A stretch of 64,000 nucleotides of DNA from a virus (taxonomy: Duplodnaviria > Caudoviricetes): IMG/VR virus record IMGVR_UViG_3300008954_000001. One strand, 5' to 3'. Within the stretch, counting starts at the first letter, position 1. Each line of letters begins with the position of its first letter. This document shows positions 21,278-31,567 of the stretch, in pieces. The position numbers and the translations under genes are program-made. The notes beneath the pieces were generated by a model that did not search any database, had not been told where the DNA came from, and saw nothing but the letters and a program-made list of their open reading frames with translations.

Positions 21278-24200
21278 CTACGCTTTGAACTTCTTCATGG
21301 GGTGGCCGAAGTTGCCCTTACCAGCCCACGCTTTCTTAGACCCGCCCGGACCCGTCATCCGAGCACCCGCATAAACGGCTTGCTTCACCTTTTCGAGATC
21401 CATTTCTTGACAAACATAAACAAAGACACTGCCACCACCACCGACACCACCCGTCGCTTGATCGACAGCACCACCGGGCTTCATACCAATGAACTCATCC
21501 TTGGTGTTGATTGGGCGGATAACCCCGCCTTGTGACCCGCCTTGATAGATGAAGTCTTGTAGGGTGTTCATATCGACCCCAAGCGACTTAAAGTCTTTTA
21601 ACAAAAGGGCTTTTCGAGGGTCGTCGTTGTCCAACCGTTTGTACATTGAAGCAGGGCTGTCAGGGGTGTTGAGCGATCCAGCCTCACCCTTCGCCAAATT
21701 CTTAGCGGCATCGCCAGTGGGGTCAAGACCGAGGAAGGTCGCAGCGTTACGAGAGAGTTCGGACTTCTTTGCTTCGGCCTCTTCCGTCTTGCCCTCTGCC
21801 AGCAGCTTCTTGATCTCTTTACGGACCTTCTCGGCGTTCCTGGCGTATTTCCTAACCTTCTCCTGTTCATCTTTTGATTTTTTGATGTTGTCCCACGGGC
21901 CTCTTTGGTTAGCCGCCATCCAATCCTCAAACTTTTTCTGAGACATTTTGTCGGCCCCGACCTCCAAGGTCGCCTTCACGAAGTCTTTCTTCAAATCCTC
22001 AGTGGTGTAGTCGTCGCCATCCTCCTTTTGTCCTGCATAGCCAGCCGCTACCTGCTTTTCGAGCAGCTTGAACATATGGATAATGTCCCCACCGCCCTCG
22101 GCACCCCTAAAGCTCGTGTTCATGTCGTTGGAAAGATTGGCCTGAGCATAGCCAGAACCCCTGGCATCAGCCGTTTTGCCGTCCTTGTCTTTCTTACTTT
22201 GTTCAGCCGTTACATATCCAGTAGTGCTTTGGCCTCTGCGGTCCAGCTTACCGTCCGTAACTCCGGGGGAGTATGTGACAGCAATCGAGTCGGTCACCTT
22301 CTCCAAGTTCAACCCAAGGCCCTGCATCCAAATAGCCATTTCAGCCATTTCAGCGTTGATATCTTCGGCGCTTCGATTTGTTGCGTTACCTGCGGCATCT
22401 GAATTAAAGGTGGCATACGAAGCATCGCTGGGAGCAAGATGGGTTGTTGTTTGCCCGATGCTTGTTATCGCTTGCGGCTGGTGTGTCCTAAATGTGCCCG
22501 CAACCCCTCCCGACAAAGCCTGACCATGGGACGTAACTTCGTCATCCCTACCTCTGATGCGTAAAGTCCTTCTTGTATCGGTGTTCCTTAGGTTCTCTGA
22601 GGAAACGCCGATGCCACGGTGCTTATATGTTGACCCCTCTCCCGTGATAGATACACCAGATATGTTTGAGGGCGCATCGGAAGCTCCCGTCCAGGTCGTC
22701 CCAGCTTCCTTCCTCGACCGATTTGGGTCTTTGAAATCATGAAGCATCCGCCCTGTTACCACCTCAGGAGCATCTTCTTTCCATGCGTCTTGCCTCTGCT
22801 TGTTAGTAATGGCTCCGTGACCAGGAACATCGATGCCGTGAACATCCTGCGTATGGAACGAGCCATGGACAGCGTCCCCACTCATGGGGTTGTCGGGGCT
22901 GGAAAAACCGCCCGCCCGATCAGGGTCTTTGATCGTGAACGCTGTCATGTCCTGATCAGCATTTATCGATTGGGTAACCAAGTTGGCATTATGGATGTTC
23001 CGCCCTGTGGTCACCCTTGCAGCTTTGGACGTTGCAATTTGCTCCTCCGTGTACCCCATTTGTTCGGCTTCGGTTTTCCAGCCCTCTTGTCGGGCGAACC
23101 TTCTTGGAGCAGCCTGCTTGAGCATGTCCATAAACTCAGGGTTGGCTTGGGCTTCCTTCAGCATTCCCCGTGGTAAGCCACCATCCCCGTAGGACGCATA
23201 TGAGCCTTGCGTCCTGGAGATGAAACCAGAAGCGCCTGTACCCAAGTTAGCGTTCATATTAGGGGTGCCGTCTGCATTAAACGCATTGTTCGCCGCATAT
23301 TTAGCTCCCTGATATTTGATGTTCATGGTTTCCCGCTTGTCTTTCATCTCCTCAACTTCTTGTTTCATCGTCTGCGCTTTATTGAAGTCTTTTTCTTGAG
23401 CGGCTGCTTTCTCTTTTTTCCTGATCTCACGACTCAAAATTTGGATGTCACGGTTTGTTTTAGTAGCTACTTTTGAATACCTGCTTTGCGCTTCAAGGGT
23501 GGATTTGAACGAATTGTCCCCAACGATTGATGTGAGAATCCCCTGAACCACTTTGAAGATTTGGTTTAAGACCATTGTGATCCCAGCATTCAAGGCATCC
23601 GCTATTGAGAAGGTGTTGTCAGCAATCTCACGGGAAAGCTCCTTATCTTCACTGAAGTTAGCGACCTGTGTTTGATGCTCAACACGGGCACCCTGCGACT
23701 GGTAGTAGTCCTCAATGGAACCGACAACCCTTTCAACGCCGTTAGCATCCTTAGTGATCTGAACATTCCCTTTTGAGTCCAAGGTGGCTGCCAACATCTT
23801 TCCATTCATCCCAACGACCGCACCATACGCTTTCACCTGCGCTCGCTGACTCGCTGAAATCTCCTTCGCAGTCATATCTCTTTTGACACCATCTTTCTCA
23901 ACGGTGTAACCATTCTTCTCTACCTCCTTCGCCATGTCTTTCATCACTTCATAATTACCGTCAAAGGCTTGCGTTAGATTTCGCATCTGACGCAACTGTT
24001 CCCCTTGCATCCCTGTGGCACTTTCTAAAGCCGCCAATTGCAACGCACTTAATTCATGGATTTCTTTACCGGGGAACATGCCTTTCATTGAATCTCGAAG
24101 CATGTTGAGCTTCCCGCCCATATCCAACTGATCGAGATTCTTCGCCATATTAGTCAGCCCACCCTTAGAGGCTTCCGAAATATTAGCCAAAACCGTCAAA

Positions 24201-25825
24201 CGGTTTCGCATCCCGTCAGCCGCCGCCGCATCCCGTTTGGTGGCTTCCATGTGGAATTTAGCGAGCATCTTTTTCTGTTGGGTCGGACTCAAGTCCTTCA
24301 AGACCTTCACCAACTCTTTCTTATCCATTGTTCCTAAGGTCTTATCGCCCCCAGCAAGGCCAATGGACCCCATCGTTATGTCCCCAAATTTCTTATTCTT
24401 CGCCAAATCCTTAACGAAAGCGTCCGCTGTGTTTTCTGCGGATCTGGTAACAGTCGCTTTTGTTCGGCCTACTCCCGCCAGCTTGACACGCTTAAAGCGA
24501 GCCGTCATAGACTCATCTACGAAACCTTTAGATAGGGTACTAAGGAACTCCCCACCTGTTTTCTGACCAAGGATCTTCCCGATCCGCACCAACAAAGCGG
24601 AGGCTTCTTCGAGACGCACGTTGTACATGGACATGCCAGAAGTGGCTTGGATCACCATCGAAAAGAACCGCTTGGTTGAGAAACCAGATTCCATCGCAAA
24701 ACGGCCAATAGTGCTGAACTTTTCAGCTACGGTTTCCAAGGTGAGGCCCAACTCTTCAGATTGGGTAGCCATATTTTGAGCAACGGTGCTTGCGCTCTCA
24801 CCAATCATACGGCTGGTGTTGATAACCAACGACATCGCCTGCCCGTATCCAGTAAGAGCAGATTTGGCACTTGTCATATCATTGGTCATTTCACGAATGG
24901 TCGAACCATGTTCGTGAAGGGTTTTGATAACTTCAATGTTGTCTTTTGCAAGAGAACGTAACGAAAACTGCATGTTGATTGCAGCGTCTCGCATGGCATC
25001 GATGGAATCGGTCGCACTATCGAAGCCTTGTCCAAGCATATCCGCCCCACCAACGGTGGACAGCAAGGACTTGTTAAACTCCTTCATCTTCGAGTCGGCA
25101 GCCATAATCACAGCAACAATGCCCATGATCACGCCGACCACAGCCCCAATTGCGGCGGCTGCGGCCCCAAGACCCGCAACTACAGCCCCTAACATCCCGA
25201 CGACTGGACCCAGAAGGGCACCCACTTTGCCAAGCATTCCAGCGGCCTTACCCATCCCGGCCATGGCTTTACCACCGCCAGCCAGCTTCCCTAAAAAGCC
25301 ACCCTTTTTACCACCCTTGGCTTTCCCTTTGCCGCCAACCGCACCGGGGCCGCCCGATTTGCCCCCCATTTTATTGAGAAGGCCCAAATGCTTTTTGGCC
25401 ATGTTGTTGACTGCGGCCCAGGCTTTTTTGCGTTCCGTGAGAAGCATTTTCTCTTGCTTGAAAATATTGCGGATAGCAGACAGTCGGCTCTTGCCCTGCT
25501 TGTCATCTTGCTTCGCAGCCGAAGAACTCGACTTAGCTACCTCTGTAGCTACCTGTTGCTCAATCTTGATCCGCTTCGAGTGATAGTCGGCAAGCTGCCT
25601 GTCTAACTTTGAAGTATCTACCGTGAGTTCTTGTGTCAGGGCCTTCTTAAGGGTCTCCCCGATCTGTTTTGAGGCAACATCAGCATTTCGCCGCATGGCA
25701 TCAAAACTAACCGCCCCAAGACCTTTTTCGATCTCAGTTTGCAAAGCCTTGCTTGCTTGCTCAACGCTTTTTGCGTTGAGCATAAATGCAAGTTCAAGTT
25801 GTTCAACTTTGCCGCCGCCAGCCAT
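21278..25825 (-). CDS. Tape measure protein (1515 aa)
   Basis: Long Ala/Lys-rich helical protein with a hydrophobic segment (LLGPVVGMLGAVVAGLGAAAAAIGAVVGVIMGIVAVIMAA) and a TMP-type C-terminus (QDFIYQGG...IRPINTKDEFIGMKPGG); follows two chaperone genes. Confidence 0.85.
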   Translation of the reverse strand: MAGGGKVEQLELAFMLNAKSVEQASKALQTEIEKGLGAVSFDAMRRNADVASKQIGETLKKALTQELTVDTSKLDRQLADYHSKRIKIEQQVATEVAKSSSSAAKQDDKQGKSRLSAIRNIFKQEKMLLTERKKAWAAVNNMAKKHLGLLNKMGGKSGGPGAVGGKGKAKGGKKGGFLGKLAGGGKAMAGMGKAAGMLGKVGALLGPVVGMLGAVVAGLGAAAAAIGAVVGVIMGIVAVIMAADSKMKEFNKSLLSTVGGADMLGQGFDSATDSIDAMRDAAINMQFSLRSLAKDNIEVIKTLHEHGSTIREMTNDMTSAKSALTGYGQAMSLVINTSRMIGESASTVAQNMATQSEELGLTLETVAEKFSTIGRFAMESGFSTKRFFSMVIQATSGMSMYNVRLEEASALLVRIGKILGQKTGGEFLSTLSKGFVDESMTARFKRVKLAGVGRTKATVTRSAENTADAFVKDLAKNKKFGDITMGSIGLAGGDKTLGTMDKKELVKVLKDLSPTQQKKMLAKFHMEATKRDAAAADGMRNRLTVLANISEASKGGLTNMAKNLDQLDMGGKLNMLRDSMKGMFPGKEIHELSALQLAALESATGMQGEQLRQMRNLTQAFDGNYEVMKDMAKEVEKNGYTVEKDGVKRDMTAKEISASQRAQVKAYGAVVGMNGKMLAATLDSKGNVQITKDANGVERVVGSIEDYYQSQGARVEHQTQVANFSEDKELSREIADNTFSIADALNAGITMVLNQIFKVVQGILTSIVGDNSFKSTLEAQSRYSKVATKTNRDIQILSREIRKKEKAAAQEKDFNKAQTMKQEVEEMKDKRETMNIKYQGAKYAANNAFNADGTPNMNANLGTGASGFISRTQGSYASYGDGGLPRGMLKEAQANPEFMDMLKQAAPRRFARQEGWKTEAEQMGYTEEQIATSKAARVTTGRNIHNANLVTQSINADQDMTAFTIKDPDRAGGFSSPDNPMSGDAVHGSFHTQDVHGIDVPGHGAITNKQRQDAWKEDAPEVVTGRMLHDFKDPNRSRKEAGTTWTGASDAPSNISGVSITGEGSTYKHRGIGVSSENLRNTDTRRTLRIRGRDDEVTSHGQALSGGVAGTFRTHQPQAITSIGQTTTHLAPSDASYATFNSDAAGNATNRSAEDINAEMAEMAIWMQGLGLNLEKVTDSIAVTYSPGVTDGKLDRRGQSTTGYVTAEQSKKDKDGKTADARGSGYAQANLSNDMNTSFRGAEGGGDIIHMFKLLEKQVAAGYAGQKEDGDDYTTEDLKKDFVKATLEVGADKMSQKKFEDWMAANQRGPWDNIKKSKDEQEKVRKYARNAEKVRKEIKKLLAEGKTEEAEAKKSELSRNAATFLGLDPTGDAAKNLAKGEAGSLNTPDSPASMYKRLDNDDPRKALLLKDFKSLGVDMNTLQDFIYQGGSQGGVIRPINTKDEFIGMKPGGAVDQATGGVGGGGSVFVYVCQEMDLEKVKQAVYAGARMTGPGGSKKAWAGKGNFGHPMKKFKA

Positions 25826-25827
25826 GA

Positions 25828-27090
25828 TCAGTCGCCTCCACTATAACGAGGCAATCGAGAGGTTATTTTATCTTGAAGGTTGCGGTCATCTTTTTTGGGT
25901 TTCGGGATCTCTTTTCGAGCAACTAACTTGCCGTCCTCTTCAACTAAAGCTCCCGCATCCTTTTCCGAATCTACCCACTTATCAAAGGCGGCCTGCTTCC
26001 GAGATGTGGGATATGAAACCGTCCGTGCTCCAGGCCGATCAGCATCAAAGCCCCCTTCTTGCATCATTTGAGCTACTTGATCCCCTGTGTACCCAACCAA
26101 ACGGGTTCGAGGACGGGTGCCAAGATTCTCTTCTCGTTCTCGGATTTCCTGTTGGGCTTCGGCCATCGCTTGATCTCGTGCCGAACGCTCTTGGAGCATC
26201 CTTTCTTTGATCTGATCTTTGTATTCAGCAACCACCTTATCGTGAAAGTCCATATCCCCAGTGACCCAACGGCGCATTTCATCGGCCAACTCATCAGAGG
26301 TGTACGCCATGCTGACCTGATCTCCCACATAAGGGTCTACAACAGATCCGTCTTTCGTGATCAGTTTGCCGTCTTCATCCAAAACACCCGTTGCTTTGTA
26401 GTACCACTCGTCCGATTTCTTGGCCCGATCTTGAAGACGAAGCTCTTCCTTTTGCTTCTCTTGCTTATTCATCCTCTCAACAGCTTTTGGAGCATGGGGG
26501 GCAATCGTTTGTTTCGTCAGCGTCCAATTAAATTCATCCCGTATTCGCTGGTCCTCTGCGTAATTCCACGCTAACCAAACCTTTTGGGAAGCGTTCAAAC
26601 CCAACCCTTCAAGCCCCGTCATACCTGTTAAGGTATCTAAATTGGGCGGGCCACTTCCCAGACCTCTCCAAAGGTCACGAGAGCGATCCTCAAACAAAAA
26701 ATAAAGGATGTTTTCTTGCGCTTTCGACATCCGCCGAATCAATCCCAAAACACAATAAAAGAGAGCGTCGAAGGCCCCCCTCGGTAATGAGTTCAACACC
26801 TCTCGAAACATCAGCTCTTTGCCAGGGGTGTTGAAATAAGGGAAGCCATCAATCAACCAAACCAGCCGAGCAACCATCGCAATAGACCAATTTCGTTGGG
26901 CGACCGCATCCTTCTGCACAGAAAACGCATTTTCTAAAAGGAAGTAATCTGACGGAAAAGGGCTGCGGATATTAAAAGTGAGATCGCCTACGGTAATTCT
27001 TTCGGAAAGAAACCCCGGCGTAATCAACGATTCGGTGTCTTCTAATAGCTCTAAACGCTGCTCCTGTGTTGTGGGAGGGAGCCGAGCCAT
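25828..27090 (-). CDS. Tail assembly chaperone / pre-tape-measure protein (420 aa)
   Basis: Synteny (tube-chaperone-chaperone-TMP); helical composition. Confidence 0.5.
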   Translation of the reverse strand: MARLPPTTQEQRLELLEDTESLITPGFLSERITVGDLTFNIRSPFPSDYFLLENAFSVQKDAVAQRNWSIAMVARLVWLIDGFPYFNTPGKELMFREVLNSLPRGAFDALFYCVLGLIRRMSKAQENILYFLFEDRSRDLWRGLGSGPPNLDTLTGMTGLEGLGLNASQKVWLAWNYAEDQRIRDEFNWTLTKQTIAPHAPKAVERMNKQEKQKEELRLQDRAKKSDEWYYKATGVLDEDGKLITKDGSVVDPYVGDQVSMAYTSDELADEMRRWVTGDMDFHDKVVAEYKDQIKERMLQERSARDQAMAEAQQEIREREENLGTRPRTRLVGYTGDQVAQMMQEGGFDADRPGARTVSYPTSRKQAAFDKWVDSEKDAGALVEEDGKLVARKEIPKPKKDDRNLQDKITSRLPRYSGGD

Positions 27091-27093
27091 TGA

Positions 27094-28209
27094 TCACCGT
27101 TTCTTCGGTGGTGTAAACCTTGGGTTCGTCGAAGGCTCTGCTACCGAAGGCTCTGCTATCGAAGGCTCTGCTATCGAAGGCTCTGCTTCGGCAACTTCTT
27201 CGGCCACCGTTTTCGCTGCTACGTGAGGGGGGACTCGCCTTGACCGAAGCTCTTGGATGCGTCGAGTTTCTGCTGCCATTGCCGCTTCCATGGAATCCCC
27301 ATCGCTCTTATCCACCCAACCACCATCCGCCGCCGCACTGCTTACTGAACCCGTAGCTGAAACAATGGTTTCAGCTTCCGTAGGGGCTTCCTTCGAGGTT
27401 TGTGGTGATGGGGGTTCAGAGATCGGCGCTTGCTTTTCTACTGGTGTGGCCGAAGTGGGGATAGCTGAAACACGACCCCCATCGGTTGTTGGGGTCGCAT
27501 GGGAAACCGCATCGGTATCGGTTGCTGTATCGGTTGCTGTATCGGTTGCTGTGTCAGTTGCCGGGAGTGTTGCTGTACCCCACCGATTTGTTTGGGGTGT
27601 TAGTGAAGGGGTGGGGTCAGCTTCTTCACCAGTTATCGGAAGACCGTCTCCCGACAAGACCGCTGTTGTAGCTTTGGATACCTTCATGTCCTCCAAAGTT
27701 TGCAACCGCCCCAAGAGGCGTTGGATTTCCGTTTCAATATCTGGAGGATTAAACTCAACAGCCTTATCAGACTGTAGTTCACAGCGTTCCATTATCTCGT
27801 TGAACTTCCGAAAAACGGCTGTCAATAATGGGCGAGGCCATGTCTCCAACATTTGACGAACCGCCTCAGTTCGCTTGACCTTAACGGGCTGGCCGTTCGG
27901 GAGAGTTTCCCCGGTGGCTACGTAATCTTCATTACGAAGATCCAAACCATTGATCTCAACCAAAGAGTAAGAAAGACAACCCAACTTGAAACGGTTTAGA
28001 TACTCGACCGCCAAGGAATTGTCCTTTTCTTGATCCTCTTCGGGAGTAGCCAAGATTTTTGCTTGCGCCCACCTCTGAATTTCAAGCTCTTCCGCCGGAC
28101 AAAGCACACGCATTACAACAACAATACCATCAATTTCAAAGCGTTCTTCAACCTCACCAATCTGCTTGATTGGTTGAAGGGTAGCTTTAAGGGTGGCGAG
28201 ATCGAGCAT
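27094..28209 (-). CDS. Tail assembly chaperone (371 aa) with a low-complexity acidic C-terminal half
   Basis: First gene after the tube; chaperone-like N-terminus (VVMRVLCPAEELEIQRWA...LSYSLVEINGLD); RBS AAGGAG. Confidence 0.55.
   Translation of the reverse strand: MLDLATLKATLQPIKQIGEVEERFEIDGIVVVMRVLCPAEELEIQRWAQAKILATPEEDQEKDNSLAVEYLNRFKLGCLSYSLVEINGLDLRNEDYVATGETLPNGQPVKVKRTEAVRQMLETWPRPLLTAVFRKFNEIMERCELQSDKAVEFNPPDIETEIQRLLGRLQTLEDMKVSKATTAVLSGDGLPITGEEADPTPSLTPQTNRWGTATLPATDTATDTATDTATDTDAVSHATPTTDGGRVSAIPTSATPVEKQAPISEPPSPQTSKEAPTEAETIVSATGSVSSAAADGGWVDKSDGDSMEAAMAAETRRIQELRSRRVPPHVAAKTVAEEVAEAEPSIAEPSIAEPSVAEPSTNPRFTPPKKR
27131..27190. repeat. 4 x 15-bp tandem repeat (GAAGGCTCTGCTAYC), encodes (A)EPS[IV] repeats
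   Basis: Read directly at 27131, 27146, 27161 and 27176 (last copy diverged). Confidence 0.9.
27515..27562. repeat. 4 x 12-bp tandem repeat (GTATCGGTTGCT), encodes ATDT repeats
   Basis: Three exact copies plus one diverged copy. Confidence 0.9.
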
Positions 28210-28279
28210 TGGACGTCTCCTTATAGATATACATCATTCAGATTCTACCCCTAATGCTTTGGTAGAACTATGGAGAGAC

Positions 28280-29191
28280 TTATCCGAGCGTGGAGATATC
28301 GCCTTCAAGACCCGTTGTGCCACCAGCGTCCACCATGCTTCCACCCCGAATCGGCGTAGAGCCAAACCGAACAGAACCAAGCTGACCGAGAGTTGGGTCA
28401 TTACCAGTAGCAAGAAACTCACCGTAGTAGCTGGAGAAATCATGGACATCAGAAACGATTACCGACCCTGTTTCCATGATCATGCCAGCATCCTTAGCGA
28501 AGGATGCGCTCCATGCCGTAAACCAACAGGCTTCGTACATGGTGATGATGGCCGAATGGCCTCGGTCATTAGTATTTCCAGCATTTGACGCTGGTGCCGC
28601 ACTGTCGGGGTTCGGGGTTTCGGTTGTTCCTGAAGCGGTCGTCCCTGAAGCGTATCCGCCCGCCGCCTTGCCGTCTTGGGTAACTTGTCCGTAGGCTGTT
28701 TGCTTGACACCGCCGTCAAAATCGCCCGATGCGCCACTCGCACCTGAGTTTGCTTCCGCCAGATCCCAATCCGCAAGCGTGGAGAACACAAGCTGCTGTT
28801 CAATGTCGAAGGGCCACCTGTGGTGTGCAAGAGATCGAACTGGACCGTCTACACCTGAAGCATAGCCAGTGGCTTGCCAAAGGTTGCAGAGATAAAGCAA
28901 CGCCCGCTCAAAGTCGCCTGTAGTAGGCTCCGTCACGGAAGGCACGAGTTCCGCCACCTGATCCCCGAAGCCGATACCACGAACAGGTTCAACCGTTCGA
29001 CTTTGACTTGGGTTAAAAGAGGACAAAACACCCATCTGATGTAGAGAAGTGTTTTCACCGTACACAGGAGTCAGAATACGCACTTTCTGCGAAACTGCCG
29101 TTCGAGTGTTTGGGGACGTACCGTAGTCATACAGGTACGAGGTGCCTTGTAGTCCTTTTTGTGGACTCTTATCTGTGTTCTTTGCGGTCAT
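28280..29191 (-). CDS. Tail tube protein (303 aa)
   Basis: Tube-type motif QMGVLSSFNPSQSRTVEPVRGIGFGDQVAELVP...WPFDIEQ...MYEACWFTAWS; precedes chaperones and TMP. Confidence 0.8.
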   Translation of the reverse strand: MTAKNTDKSPQKGLQGTSYLYDYGTSPNTRTAVSQKVRILTPVYGENTSLHQMGVLSSFNPSQSRTVEPVRGIGFGDQVAELVPSVTEPTTGDFERALLYLCNLWQATGYASGVDGPVRSLAHHRWPFDIEQQLVFSTLADWDLAEANSGASGASGDFDGGVKQTAYGQVTQDGKAAGGYASGTTASGTTETPNPDSAAPASNAGNTNDRGHSAIITMYEACWFTAWSASFAKDAGMIMETGSVIVSDVHDFSSYYGEFLATGNDPTLGQLGSVRFGSTPIRGGSMVDAGGTTGLEGDISTLG

Positions 29192-29244
29192 TAGTCGATC
29201 TCCAATAGTCAGACGTTGCGGTGTCCATCTATGAAGGTTGGCCT

Positions 29245-29258
29245 ATAGACCAGCTATC
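29245..29258 (-). promoter_or_regulatory. Candidate late-promoter motif GATA-N6-CTAT upstream of the tail tube gene
   Basis: Similar motifs recur upstream of several minus-strand genes. Confidence 0.4.
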
Positions 29259-29320
29259 GACGCACAAAAATCCTCCTAATTAGATTACCGTTGAACGGGA
29301 AGATCAGCCCCCGCTTCAAG

Positions 29321-29350
29321 GGGGGGCTAATTTTGTCCCTCACGGGTAGT
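29321..29350 (+). promoter_or_regulatory. Candidate phage promoter GGGGGGCTAA-N14-GGTAGT
   Basis: Same spacing as the copies at 29381 and 44741; intergenic, upstream of a plus-strand gene. Confidence 0.55.
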
Positions 29351-29380
29351 CCAATCGAACCCCAAAGAAACCCCTCCAAG

Positions 29381-29410
29381 GGGGGGCTGATTGCGGGTCA
29401 AATCGGTACT
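29381..29410 (+). promoter_or_regulatory. Candidate phage promoter GGGGGGCTGA-N14-GGTACT
   Basis: Tandem copy 60 bp after the first; ends 22 nt before the helicase ATG. Confidence 0.55.
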
Positions 29411-29432
29411 ACGAATAGGAGAGAGGACAACG

Positions 29433-31556
29433 ATGTTGCGTGTTTACAATAATAGGTATCCAGGGAAATGCGAGTTTTGCGGCGAAGCCGTGGGCGAGCA
29501 TCAAGGATACGCATATGGCAACCCCGGCGGTCGCTATAAGACGGTATGCAACTCGTCCGTGTGCATTGAAGATGCCCCCTCGGAAGTACGGGTAAAGGCT
29601 AATGAAAAGCCTCGCCGTGAGATTACCGTAGAGGGCGAGATTTACATGCCTTACGAGCCTGACGCTCTCCCCATTCTCCGTGGAATGCCCAAGGCGAAGT
29701 TTGACCGTGAGAAAAAGTGTTGGGTGGTCAGCACAGACCCCAAACACCGTGAACGCATCCTAAATTCGTGTGAGCGATTGAACCTCGATGTTCCCGAAGC
29801 CTTCAACAAGGTTGAAATGGACACTACCAGCCTTGGAGCCGTCAAACGAGCCATGATGGGCGGTGCCTACGGCTACCAGCAATTCGGAGTGCGGTTCCTC
29901 GCACAACATGACCGATGCCTGTTGGGAGACGACATGGGCCTCGGTAAGACCTTTCAAAGCCTCATGGCTATCGAAGGCAGGGCCATCGTCCTTTGCCCCG
30001 CCACCATCAAACTCAACTGGAAAAACGAAGTCGAGAAATGGCGACCTGACCTGACCCCCATCGTATGTAAGGGGCGTAATGGTTTTCAGCTTCCCGCTGA
30101 AAACGAAGTCGTCATCATTAACTACGACATTCTGCCCAAAGAATTTACCCCCACTGACAAATGGGGCGACGAACACAAGGTTCCTGAACTGTGGTTGAAG
30201 GTTCTCGCTAAGACCACCTTGATCGCTGACGAAGCGCACCTGTGCAAGTCGTACAAAACCATGCGATCCAAGCGCACGAAGGTTCTCTCCGCCGTTTGTG
30301 GCAAATCGTGGGCCATGACAGGAACCCCTTTGATGTCCAAAGGGTTTGACCTGTGGGGCGTTCTGTCCACCTTTGGGCTGTCGAGAGAAACCTTTGGTGG
30401 GTTCCGCACCTTCACCAACCTCATGGACACAAGCCGTGACCGATGGGGCGGATGGCACTTTGGCACTCCCGACCCTTCGGTTCCCGAACGGTTGCGCCGA
30501 GTCATGCTTCGTCGCACCAAGGCCGAAGTCCTTACCGATCTGCCCCCAAAGCAAACCCAAACCATCATTGTCAATCTCGGCTCCAAGCTGACCGCTACGG
30601 TCAACAAGGCTTGGGCGCAAATGCAGGAATATGATGCCCGTGAGCTTCCCTCGTTCACCGCTTTCAGCAAAGTCCGAGCAGCACTGGCTAAAGACCGTAT
30701 CCCTGCCCTCTTGGAGCTTGTGGAATCCTACGAGGATGCCAATGAGCCTGTGGTGGTCTACTCGGCCCACAGAGCACCCGTAGAGGCCCTTGGAGAGCGT
30801 GAGGGGTGGGCTACCATCCTCGGTGACACTTCACAGGCTAACCGCCAGAAGGCGGTCGATGCTTTCCAAGCTGGCGACCTCAAAGGGATCGCTTGCACCA
30901 TCAAGGCTGGTGGCACCGGGATCACCCTGACCCACGCCTCGAAAATGGTTTTCTGTGACCTCGAATGGAATCCAGCCCTCAATCTTCAGGCCGAAGACCG
31001 CATTTGCAGAATCGGCCAGACGGCTTCCAACCTCCAATATGTTCGATTGGTCAGCGATCACCCGATGGATTTGCATGTCCTCAACACCCTCGACAAGAAG
31101 GCCGCTTTGATCCAAGGAGCGGTGGAACAAGAGTGTGGTGGCTTGACCAGTACCGCAAAGACAGGAAACGGTGGGGTCAACATCGTTCAAGAAACCCGTG
31201 AGCAACGGGACGCTCGTATTGCCGCCGCCGCCCAAAAGGTCATTGTGCTCAAAGCACAGAAACGAGTCGGCCAAAACAAGAGCAAGTGGATGGCACGGGC
31301 CAACGGGTTTTCACAAACCGTAGTCAGCCCTACCATCATCAAGGACATCCTTGACGCTGTTCAATACATGCAATCCATCTGTGATGGCGCACACGCAAAG
31401 GACTTCCAAGGGTTCAATGCCCCTGATGCCGCCATTATGAACACCCTTACTGAATCTCAACTACTTGCTGGCGACCAAGACCTACTCAAGTTCTGCTGGT
31501 GGACCCTTCGCAAGTACCAAGGTCAATGTGAAAGCAGGTTCCCTGCGCTGTATTAG
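29433..31556 (+). CDS. SNF2-family (SMARCAL1/HARP-like) helicase/translocase with N-terminal Zn-binding and HARP-like domains
   Basis: LLGDDMGLGKT (motif I), IADEAH (II), MTGTP (III), MLRRTK, AGGTGITLTHAS (V), QAEDRICRIGQ (VI); N-terminal CEFC...C; ATG 29433 with an AGGAGAGAGG RBS. Confidence 0.9.
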   Translation: MLRVYNNRYPGKCEFCGEAVGEHQGYAYGNPGGRYKTVCNSSVCIEDAPSEVRVKANEKPRREITVEGEIYMPYEPDALPILRGMPKAKFDREKKCWVVSTDPKHRERILNSCERLNLDVPEAFNKVEMDTTSLGAVKRAMMGGAYGYQQFGVRFLAQHDRCLLGDDMGLGKTFQSLMAIEGRAIVLCPATIKLNWKNEVEKWRPDLTPIVCKGRNGFQLPAENEVVIINYDILPKEFTPTDKWGDEHKVPELWLKVLAKTTLIADEAHLCKSYKTMRSKRTKVLSAVCGKSWAMTGTPLMSKGFDLWGVLSTFGLSRETFGGFRTFTNLMDTSRDRWGGWHFGTPDPSVPERLRRVMLRRTKAEVLTDLPPKQTQTIIVNLGSKLTATVNKAWAQMQEYDARELPSFTAFSKVRAALAKDRIPALLELVESYEDANEPVVVYSAHRAPVEALGEREGWATILGDTSQANRQKAVDAFQAGDLKGIACTIKAGGTGITLTHASKMVFCDLEWNPALNLQAEDRICRIGQTASNLQYVRLVSDHPMDLHVLNTLDKKAALIQGAVEQECGGLTSTAKTGNGGVNIVQETREQRDARIAAAAQKVIVLKAQKRVGQNKSKWMARANGFSQTVVSPTIIKDILDAVQYMQSICDGAHAKDFQGFNAPDAAIMNTLTESQLLAGDQDLLKFCWWTLRKYQGQCESRFPALY

Positions 31557-31567
31557 GAGGCCCCCCC

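Noticed and set aside
27085-27115. Programmed -1 frameshift between the two tail chaperone genes (lambda G/GT type)
   Set aside because: No XXXYYYZ slippery heptamer before the first stop (...CCG AAG AAA CGG TGA), and the second gene has its own ATG 3 nt later.
29350-29365. T-loop-like GGTTCGATT on the minus strand
   Set aside because: No T-stem, acceptor stem or CCA around it.
29760-30770. Long antisense ORFs (336 aa here; also 61550..62239, 24924..25583, 27257..27856 and many in 1-10.8 kb)
   Set aside because: Shadow frames of well-supported genes, with low-complexity composition and no RBS or motifs.
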